Shown here piece after piece: positions 9,001 to 15,600 of a stretch of 64,000 bases of DNA. Position 1 is the first letter of the stretch. The number at the start of each line of letters is the position of its first letter. The DNA lies in the IMG/VR virus record IMGVR_UViG_3300024581_003792, positions 63,006 to 127,005 of that record; one strand, 5' to 3'. The position numbers and the translations under genes are program-made. Source of the stretch: a virus. The notes beneath the pieces were generated by a model that saw only the letters and a list, made by a program, of their open reading frames with translations, did no database searches and was not told where the DNA came from.

Positions 9001-10364
9001 TGGAAGGTGTTGCAAGAACTGTAGTAATGTCAGAGGTCAGTCGAAGAATTGGAGAATCAATCAATAAAAAACAAGATAAGCCGCCGACTTTTGACATGAA
9101 AAGATTAGAGAGACTTAATCTTGGATCTGATGTGAGTCTTAAGAGCGGTGACCCCAGGCTTAGTGGTAAAGCTTTAGCTACAGACCCAGTCATGGAAGAC
9201 TATAAAGAATTTCTACTGGACAAAGCCGCATATAATGCGCAAAAGAAAAACGAAAAATTTAATAAAAGACTTCAGACCTTAGGAACAATCCTTGGTGCTG
9301 CCACTAGCTTCATGATGTCTGAGGTTACGAATATCCTTAAAGAACCTGTGCAGAAATTAGTGCAAGGAGTATCTAATAAAACTGGTGAGATTTTCGGGAA
9401 GTACGGCAATCAGTATACACAGGCAAAAGCCGAAGCTAAATTCAGAGGTCAAGACTTAAATTATTCTGATTTCAAGAAATCAATGTCTGTGTTTGAAAAA
9501 TCTGGGAATAAAGGTTTTTATCAAGGCCCACAAGGTAATCTTTTTTATATGTCTCAAGACAATGCTGGAGATTATGCAACGTTCAATCTAAATCGATTGT
9601 CTGACATTCAAGATATGGGTCCAGCGGAGCAGGCAAAAGTTCTAAATCTTTACAATACAACAAAGGTAAGAACTCAAGCTATGAGGCAATTTGCATCAAA
9701 CAATCAAATGGATGCAAAAGCAGAAATATTTAAAGCTAATGGAGGTAAGATACCAGCAATGCTAACTGCAGGAGAGGCAGTAATACCTTCTTCTATTGCT
9801 CAAAGAATTGGATACGATAACCTCAATAAAATGAATACAACTGGCCAAATTCCAGTAGTAAAAGGCAAGGGTGGGATAGATAATGTAGGACCAGTTGGAT
9901 TAAACGAAGGTGATTTCGTTATAAGAAAAAGCTCTACCGAAAAGCTTTTAAGGGAAAATCCTAGAATGATGCGCTTCGCCATACAAAACCCAGAAGGATT
10001 TAAGCGGGGCGAACAAGGTTATTACCAGGGAGGTATAGTAGGTACAACTCCTTCTACTGCAAGCGCACCATCAGTCACTTCACCTAGGGCCAGCAAGGCT
10101 GCTGCTAGCCCAGTCAATAACATGCAGCCATTGCTTCAAGCTGCTCAATCTCAAAATTCTCAACAAAATAATCAGACCACAAACAATGAGGTCACTAACA
10201 ACATTAATGTGAATGTTACGGTAGATAGAACGGGCAATGAAAGGGTAAGCGCAGACACATCAGAGGGATCATACGAGCAAGAGCAACAGCTAGCTGTAAA
10301 AATAAAATCAAAAGTTCTTGAGGTCATACGAGAGGAGAAGAGGATAGGTGGAGAACTTAGCTGA
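3..10364 (+). CDS. Giant tape-measure-like protein with internal cargo-domain array; 5'-truncated by window edge
   Basis: Frame is open from nt 3 with no stop before the track's TTG at 300. Long helical/coiled-coil body, hydrophobic segments at about 3990-4440, and typical TMP C-terminal motifs (FAEGGFVKGPAGIDRVPAMLTAGEYVIP; NNINVNVTV...IREEKRIGGEL). Lies directly upstream of tail-tip genes. Confidence 0.85.
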   Translation, partial: NQLGIRSVGDFYRKTDFGQQATFDKTLTTIKNIGYQQEVDLAKDALDKVRSLTESKKAAVSKTRLKGDLFEKAISILAGQPFKKGKDALDFSRAQDRPVLMDPEIREQIDLGEDVIYGDAESGSGHKLHLMRDKVIRELEEGGELYSLIQGEGDINLPGETFTDIVANGSDAKPKDSSSIKLDDLLTSSRTSSGTKKAIEKSLTKKYEGKITPAQRKKEYQRNVKFDYYVDDVNLENLKVDRRTRLGKELGNIDRQFLAVTSQTNSDGLVPNFASFMSPLRFDIGDEKSNGKSYVARTAKSGKLFLLDRGLNPFREYMESQGKPTPVMSQGRVGKRDGYWVNQYESDILEWAKQPNPQILERDINEKKAREESLEHFRQDLKHGTFKPLEAGYPLQLGGGELVRYSPESGFGKTIVDKMGPEYKHISVNAKKIQDYARDNNITKKFNFGPAPDYAKALNTMLRLPKADIEKLDFIRPREKSENEKKKELRDSSPKSPIKWDVKQDMVTKKKSYAIKASDDTFSYFKKFLKTKGVPQRSIQNIDKALQGKSERLEEIKRTAIEKSQSRSGNQMFYDAAVQSDNFLKSFSIPTKDLYIKDLSNLIKEFNSTVYKEFNSGLIADYSPVEMNKGYVPNFIGFNVPKKSHQLIETFNQITEKNKLIPTVNSLMEQGVDRETAIQQTKDDQFGQKKSMFKILNKMKSEGVKQLFFGQGGKIFPHQSAGTIPFTIDKIKDIINGTGYKTNLKSDGFVPNYAVTLSDDKYYNEKSVKHGISQLYKKSGGRQKLTPQDLEFASERYISAIKDSGKTYPGGNFNVGGKKFNFNEVSMALMKHGQFYQPKEGEAVDMSEGFAEGLIPNYAAKIRNGAIYHSKTNNKAVRVKRADQAERIAYIKHHTQDHMFDPEVPFSDLTPATKKQVQEYLGRSPTKAKGFVPNFADTTLYRGQGRPTLDTPDILSNLPSFSGAETPEDIVGIIQNFVKSHVSGELSGQRHNPNSAKRASGAVSFSTSKTIAREFSGLGTIRRKATNPDGKVFEKEVPQKNIFSKQKLLKILSKGADIENNVYPKVQEFKQAISSGAIQKWAQENGGIFLNVSGTYNDQEAYGKMGKVEYGRFEHKFLGKRMPAIVPPKEIGFNKNKTFQISPREEEVMQVFGDGLVPNFADPQKIRNGAIYHSQTNNKAVRVVRANQAERIAYIKHHTQDHMFDPEVPFSDLIPASKKQVQEYLGRKSKNKAKGLIPNFANPLQDAVNRERAAGIPQSRIRIEKSSQLKSPKNPMGLAVTNTRDEPAGLQQGIRRAKSMGIDPKSHGASKGLVPNFAGNKGQAKQEGGLMQLFVFQSLLSTANGFLQEFAENGSQAAKMFSEAGQAASSMASVFLTTKEIGSQLTEGMGIDPGKTINLRDLFSESGRRKAKAGTGRFTQGLKAAAKDGFGQAGSKGILQGVKAFSGGIASAGKMLLRFTPMIGSLISLGTAANEIFKLFNDGKGIMSLFESASEKAARNLEKLSKSTEALESALGALQNKTEVSTKIEELELLGSMRTQKQETELFQLKMKELDIQSKVQKSMSQLFQENVTGTVIASKLSNQFTQSGITVDEQTETLKKLILVQKQRIAIEEGTKAFGDLIEKRFDKFTSSFDFSSITGQDAEFLKQASSFRGAQAGMALGGVMAGSEDLDPKERLRILEENIGVIGKLDLNKISKSSADGITDFLSEKLKGTEDFGGSLIAAHIGDILDTIDDAEDNMVGFEKIEAAAAKNALDAFINQLKKQKDLLEKDGVAQTLAQSTAQVKEEYLKIIRSIKDERKQRLHRQDLENSISATQRKIAESQISLLDEHQAISKSTLIRKESSRKIEEISEKFSTDILKANNASLGAMQSVSEEFIKTDQLAQQFRKGAGVTMADAVENLKKSVGQNLTSLDLSGIENAIGEAISPADAQSLRNSFASVSSRIAHLDDNGKIINEFMREYGSITEGTVAAAFMAALNQKEIMQLTQKQKNLLTDSINDLKRANQIAETQRKNALSILKEDETLKLIRAKTVDGARALKDKLSGINIPELSIKSNQGETATLSVLNDARRGQVKALMDSRALDDKAYQLQIEKNRTEAESSVLSLRQLQSQEAILRSTQTQSEDYKNIIRIQQAKFESELSNSYLTKRETVAREDFLKIDSKRYKLVNEQLETEMSNARTTARLNLEKLKLTSITETLEEIAATQIKEELTSTQSSSLIASEKSLQLIKNQEISEQLFRASQLQEKSNQLDELRLAARKASMSQQEFDQQADTEVAIERANAISAARLNIAKLKRLSIQEELNKQVQIELTEEITSAQRSALIASEKAIILSEMGEQGRLLRQANELQESANKLQTLENSIRKAGMSEKQLRLNTEVDVATQRADAIAGTRGAAMRAQITGSPEDALAFAQSLKETNKSLGNGTRAFDQLRIKMAELNVSAADLGSDLVDIGIDGARTGLKQLFKDIGSGAKSAKEAWSDFSLGLAEQLLDRVMEDNIDKIIKDLTYAFTGEDGSSDAEKIAGSNSHLISAIGSLEGVFKSQGTHTKDLQQELQKGIRLNAPTMDSKLLGMAEFDKSIANLKTQVDALAGVVSLDVSNRKNESREQTKDSQDLTDLNPNGTTSKLIENETLMQQQTARGRGRAANQVLADSGYNPDAIHTLPSGISHHRNPKLRKLEQAQTESLKNIRHFESKISDLNMTPERREAFNKLNIQPDKKAGAKRVDKQRQSIAEGIEFTFREGIDQTIQSDKQHNISNIEELQKNFKIGTDPKARPNLATRSMVPEMGEVSYFKGEGDPKDPGNWGELNIPEFMKIKEQSTLEIQNFLGVTENLAKVYKDVAINADAAKDSMANNAKQHDEYSIKLKNEQQNYENITLAISSTNQELSSFSSVISKTKQNLDTFNNKLATSKNTQPQPVIENPKAGLNQSGGIIQKFAEGGFVKGPAGIDRVPAMLTAGEYVIPKDRVKELVRGGELQYFNNGTSGEGAQPKKSRLQAGMEGVARTVVMSEVSRRIGESINKKQDKPPTFDMKRLERLNLGSDVSLKSGDPRLSGKALATDPVMEDYKEFLLDKAAYNAQKKNEKFNKRLQTLGTILGAATSFMMSEVTNILKEPVQKLVQGVSNKTGEIFGKYGNQYTQAKAEAKFRGQDLNYSDFKKSMSVFEKSGNKGFYQGPQGNLFYMSQDNAGDYATFNLNRLSDIQDMGPAEQAKVLNLYNTTKVRTQAMRQFASNNQMDAKAEIFKANGGKIPAMLTAGEAVIPSSIAQRIGYDNLNKMNTTGQIPVVKGKGGIDNVGPVGLNEGDFVIRKSSTEKLLRENPRMMRFAIQNPEGFKRGEQGYYQGGIVGTTPSTASAPSVTSPRASKAAASPVNNMQPLLQAAQSQNSQQNNQTTNNEVTNNINVNVTVDRTGNERVSADTSEGSYEQEQQLAVKIKSKVLEVIREEKRIGGELS
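2583..3683 (+). repeat. Duplicated 63-aa module (2583-2771 and 3495-3683)
   Basis: KIRNGAIYHS...QEYLGR, 58/63 aa identical, with many synonymous nucleotide differences. Confidence 0.97.
2811..3464 (+). other. ADP-ribosyltransferase domain (R-S-E/ARTC class) inside the tape measure ORF
   Basis: LYRG (2820), HVSG, SFSTSxxxAxxF (3012) and E-E-E-V (3435) in canonical order. Confidence 0.75.
6520..7165 (+). repeat. Tandem ~104-aa helical repeat in the TMP
   Basis: ARLN.xKLK..SI...EE.TS.Q.S.LIASEK...A..LQE..N.L....RKA.MS occurs twice, 312 nt apart. Confidence 0.8.
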
Positions 10365-11437
10365 TGAATGGGACAGTTTTAGGTTATGAGCAACAGTTCT
10401 TTGTTAACGGAACACAGATATCTGGAGTTCAAAGTGTAGAAGGTTCCTACGCTATACAAGAAAGACCCATAAATGTATTGGGTTGGGGACATGTCAATAA
10501 AGATTATCATTACGGCATTGACCACATATCTTACGATGATAATAGCTTTATATTAGATGCGAATGGGTTTAGGTTTTTGCAAGAAAAGACATGTATTAGA
10601 GAAAATGAAAGAAGCCCCCATAATATGGCAGTGCTGGACGCACCTCTTGAAGGAGATTTCAGTATAAATTCTATTTTAGTAAGCGAAGACTTTTTTTTAC
10701 AATTTTTAGGTGACGAGCCTTTTACTGGAAGCATACATCACGGTGGTAGTTATTTTGGTTTTTATAGTGGGTACATAACAAATCATAGTGTTTCGTGCAG
10801 CATAGGCCAACTACCCACCACAACAACGAGTATAAAAGTTTTTGGAGATATAGGGGGGTCTCCCGATTTTATTAATCAAGAAAATGATTTCCCTATACTT
10901 AATGAAGATGGCTACCAAGTAGCCACAAGTGATTCTTACAATAATGGAATGTATAACGCTTCTGGAACCTATGAATATCCAGAAATAAAGCTACCAAACC
11001 AAGGGTCAATTATCGTAGAATGTACGGGAGCAAGCACGGATCGAGTCACTTCCTTTAGTCATTCTATTGACATACCAATTGATCCTATATATATTGTTGG
11101 TTCTGCTTATGCCGCGCAAGTAGATGTTATCTGGCCAGTAACCACAGAAACATCTTTTACTTTAGATATCGATGAATACAAGTATCAGAGTCTTAGAAAA
11201 TACATGAGAACTCCTACGGTTCAAGACATAAAAATTATGATTAATGATTGCTTCGGGGAGCCAATACAGTATTATACTGTAAAAAAAGCAAGGCTAATAT
11301 CAGAGACTATGTCGGCCTCAACGGAAGGAAGGTTAACTGTAAATTTAACATATAAATCTTATTATAATAAGAGAGGAGAAAAACCTCACGAGAACGAAAT
11401 GAACTATAGTAGATACTTAAAGGAAAAAGCTGATTAA
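10364..11437 (+). CDS. Putative tail tube-like/hub structural protein
   Basis: Follows the TMP with TGATG coupling; beta-rich, with two similar halves (GVQSVEGSY...PINVLG; RVTSFSHSIDI..DPIYIVG). Confidence 0.55.
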   Translation: MNGTVLGYEQQFFVNGTQISGVQSVEGSYAIQERPINVLGWGHVNKDYHYGIDHISYDDNSFILDANGFRFLQEKTCIRENERSPHNMAVLDAPLEGDFSINSILVSEDFFLQFLGDEPFTGSIHHGGSYFGFYSGYITNHSVSCSIGQLPTTTTSIKVFGDIGGSPDFINQENDFPILNEDGYQVATSDSYNNGMYNASGTYEYPEIKLPNQGSIIVECTGASTDRVTSFSHSIDIPIDPIYIVGSAYAAQVDVIWPVTTETSFTLDIDEYKYQSLRKYMRTPTVQDIKIMINDCFGEPIQYYTVKKARLISETMSASTEGRLTVNLTYKSYYNKRGEKPHENEMNYSRYLKEKAD

Positions 11438-12637
11438 ATGAGTAAGCCTTTTTTTAGATATGAGGATGTACCTTTGTTGTTAGCTGCAGAAGGGCAAGAT
11501 CCAGTTATGGTTTTCGCAAACAGAGCAAGTATATCTGCTAGCCAGCCTTTGGAGGCTAAAAAATTTATAGATGATTACAATATATCTTTTGCTGACGTAT
11601 CCGAAGATGTAGTTTTAAGTGAGGGTGATATTGTTGATTTTTTGCTTGGACCTCCAGGTGGGCCAGGAATGAAGATCCCTGAATCTGTTGAATTAATTAA
11701 AAGCGGACAAAAAATTGCTTACCCAAACGGACAGGCATTATACGTAGAGCAAGACGCTTATGCAGGAGATTATCACATAAAAGTAAAAGCTACCGGTGAT
11801 ACAAAATTAGATGTAAATAAAGATGTGCCCTATGGGGAGATAGACGCCCTTAGGACTTATGCTGCCCAAGGAGAAATTCGAGGCAGGTTGAACATAACTT
11901 ATTATATGAATACTGGTAATATTCATAGTTTTGCAGACTTAACTGGACTAATGGATCCAAACATATATCCTCAAGTCAATGAATCAAAAATTACAGGATC
12001 AATAGGTGATTATAAGTTTCATGATGCATACTTGTCTGAAATGTCTTTTTCTGCTGAACCTTTCCAGGTAATAGAGACAAATTTAGATTTAGATATCTAC
12101 GGCAAAATGGAGCACGTCGAAGGATGGTCAGAAAGAGTTTTTGAGGATTACAATTGTATAAGAGAAGTGCAGTATACTGTACCCCATGCTATGAACACAA
12201 AAATATATGGAGCTAATAGCGTAGGTATACAGCATCCCCTTAGCTTTAATTATAGCATATACGCAAATCAGATTCCGGAAATACCTTTACCTATTAGTGG
12301 TTTAGTTGATGAAGATGGTGAACTACCCACTAGAGTTGCTAAAAACGAAATAGATATAACGATAGACTTAGAGGGTGAAAGACTTGACCCCTTCTTGAAA
12401 ATCACAGGCCAAAGGGCCGATGTAACAATCAGTCTTTCGGATATAGGGTTTGAAGAAGAATTTACGGATAATAACTTCGGAAAACTTAAAGAATTTAAAC
12501 TTGCTGGTAACTTGGTGCTTCCTGACGCTGTTCCGCAAGAGCTAGAGCAGTACGGAGTAGTCGATCAAGATGCATTAGTTGTTTCTGAGGGTGGTTTCCT
12601 TCGTGGCAGAGCAAGCGTAAGGCAATCTTACAGATAA
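11438..12637 (+). CDS. Putative tail structural protein
   Basis: Position in the tail module; acidic, beta-rich 399-aa ORF. Confidence 0.5.
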   Translation: MSKPFFRYEDVPLLLAAEGQDPVMVFANRASISASQPLEAKKFIDDYNISFADVSEDVVLSEGDIVDFLLGPPGGPGMKIPESVELIKSGQKIAYPNGQALYVEQDAYAGDYHIKVKATGDTKLDVNKDVPYGEIDALRTYAAQGEIRGRLNITYYMNTGNIHSFADLTGLMDPNIYPQVNESKITGSIGDYKFHDAYLSEMSFSAEPFQVIETNLDLDIYGKMEHVEGWSERVFEDYNCIREVQYTVPHAMNTKIYGANSVGIQHPLSFNYSIYANQIPEIPLPISGLVDEDGELPTRVAKNEIDITIDLEGERLDPFLKITGQRADVTISLSDIGFEEEFTDNNFGKLKEFKLAGNLVLPDAVPQELEQYGVVDQDALVVSEGGFLRGRASVRQSYR

Positions 12638-15600
12638 TGGACATACCTACTTCAGATTGGGCGCCCGAAAAATCGTACAAAAAGCACGATATCGTAAGAA
12701 TGCGCGATCTTTCGACTCCCTACTATATAGAAAAAGTAGAAGATAAAAAAGTTGATCTACTACTGACGTTGGTTGATGACTGCAACAATAAAATTATAAC
12801 AGATCAATCAAAAAAAGTTGAACTTGACGTAACTGAGTTTAGTCAATTCTTTGAAAGGATTACTGTTCGAGAGACCGCCGAAATAGAATATGGCGTAAAG
12901 TTTAGACTTGATCCAAGAATAGGGTATTCCGCTAAAGTTATGATCAGGAAGGCCAGCGAAGAGTCAACGTTATCGGATCCAAACTTAACATATTTTCAGA
13001 TAGAAGATTATGGTATTGATAAATCGAATTCTGTAGGCATTGGTGTGGGTCTTAAATTTTATGATAAAAAAATGGACGCTATCGATGTGGTTAACCACAG
13101 AAAGATACAGAGAGCAATGGCATCTTCTGAACTCCATCATAGAGAGTGGTATAAAGCACAAATCGACATACATCCAAATGACATTCCTCAAGATGCCGTT
13201 TTTGGCTCTGCATTTATTTTTCTTTATGGATATGATACTGGTGGATTTGAGTTTCGTGATGTTGAAGTATACAACTTGAATCAATTTTTTTATTGCACTG
13301 AGGATCATATTTCCACTACCACCAATGAGCCTAATTATTTAAGATATTGGACTCAGGATTTTATATGGCGACCTTCTTATGGCTCAAGGTCAACTTTTGC
13401 GGCTATGAATGAATCTATGGTTCTTGGAGAAGGATCAGACTATGTAAATAATTTAGCGATCAACTCTTTGCCTTTAGAAATAGATCTAACTTTTAATAAT
13501 AGAACTGACCAGGAAGCTAGGGCAATTATTCATTTTTTACAAGAAAAGCATTTTCCTTATGAGTCTATATTTGGATTAGATTATAAAGGTGAAAGATTAT
13601 TGTCGAGCGATGTGCAAGATTTTAATTTCACATATACTTTTCCTTACAGAAAAGATTTAAAGTATACTTGTGTTGATTTTAGTCACTCAATAACATATAG
13701 AAATAACAATGCGATATCGGCTAAATTCATATGCAATACAGAAAGCAGCCTAAAAAGCGTTGATAGTAATTCTGGTTATAACCAGAGACTAGACGCAATA
13801 TTTCCTGTATTCGTGAATGAAGAAACATTTTTCGAAAAAGGAAAAATAGCGAGACTAGATTCATTTCCGGTAGAAGAGTTTATTGGAGAGGAAGCGCAGG
13901 AAAAAAGCGAAGAATCTCAAGATGATGATGATGAAAAAACAGTAGCCCTAACTTCTTTAGCCGAAATAGAGACATACGAGTACGATGAGAATGGCTACCC
14001 TAAGGCCGGGGTTCTATATTTTCGGGAAGAGCAAAACTTGCAAGTAGGTAACTGTCTTTACATTAGACCTGAATGGCCTGAAAATTCTGTATTCTCGGTT
14101 GGCGTCTGCAAGGTATTTAAAATATTAAGCCCCAAAGCTTTTGTGTTTGGTATAGGTCAAGGATACATCGAAAAAATTACATACACAAAAGAAATATGTC
14201 CGGGGCTAGAATGGCCTCTGGATGAACCAATCAAAGAGATATTCTTGGATTCAAGATTACAGCCTAATGGAGATACTCATAATGTTGGACCTTATGACCC
14301 AATAACAAATGACGAAGATGATCCTCTTGAGGATGACGAAACTCTGGAAAAAATCAGTAGATTAAGCGAAGAAAGAGACGCGCCTGTTGTTATATATAAG
14401 CTTGGTATGTGCCCTGAAGACTGTTTGAGCGCTCAACCAATTTTACCTCCATCTATTAAAGACGGGGTAGTTCCTCATAAAATAATTAATCCAGTAACGG
14501 GAGAAGAAAGGAAGCGTATAATATATTTAAAAAATTATAGAATGCTGCAGATGGAGGCGGACATTACTCCTTCTAGCTATGCTCTTTTTGTTACGCCCTT
14601 ATCTAGTTTTACTCTAGGTCCAGAAGATGATACGCAAGTATTAATTCCGGCTGTGGAGGGAAGAAGTAGTCTTTATATAGAAGACCCAGACTTGATTCCA
14701 AAATATCCTTGGCTGCAAGTTAGGAATTTTGAGCACAGGCCCAGCTTGACATTTAATTTAAACAATCAGCCATCTCATTACAAAAGTGAATTTGTTCAGT
14801 ATTATAATAAGAAATACAAAAAAAGCATAAATCAAAATATGTCCACATTTACTGTGGTGTTTGACAAAAGAAGTGATACTGAAGCTTCAGAAATATTACA
14901 ATTTCTTGAATCTCATTTAGGATATAAAAAATTTAGGTTCGTAATGCCGAGGCCTTATGGTACTGATACAGATCCGCTGACTACTCAAGCTAGACCAAGA
15001 AATTCTACATTTTATTGTCCAAGCTGGGATCACGAGATTGTGTACAAGAACAATCATACTATCACAGCTACATTTATAGAATCTTCAACAGCTATACAAG
15101 AAGATCTTGCAAACCCCAAAGGGCCGTGTTTTGGGGCGCATATATACAATCCTATTACTCAGCATGAGACATCTACTTATTCTTCCGTAGCATACGCATA
15201 CCATCAATCAGGCTTAGAGTACGAAAGAGAAAAAGGTTATTTTCTGAACATAAAACCAAAGCTGATAGAAATAGTTTTTGCAATTGATGTCAATACATCT
15301 ACATTAACACAATATTTAAGCGTGGAAGGTAATTCATACTCAAAATATCAACTGATCAGAGACTCTCTTCTTAAATTAATCTCTGGTTATGCTGATCCAG
15401 TTTCGAGTGATTTAAAGTTTCCCTCAACATACGGTTTCGGTAAATATAATACGCCTGAAATTTCTGACACAGATTCAATACCCCCTTGGTATTCTGCGGG
15501 CGATCCTATTGATGGAGTCATACCTAGCTTGCTTGAGCAAAATTATGAGCATGATCCAGCTAGAGAAAAAACAACAAATGAAACTCTACTAGATCAAGGA

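Noticed and set aside
449-9982. Short antisense and alternate-frame ORFs in the track, here and throughout the window
   Set aside because: They lie within long, well-supported genes and have no recognisable motifs, so they are treated as shadow ORFs.
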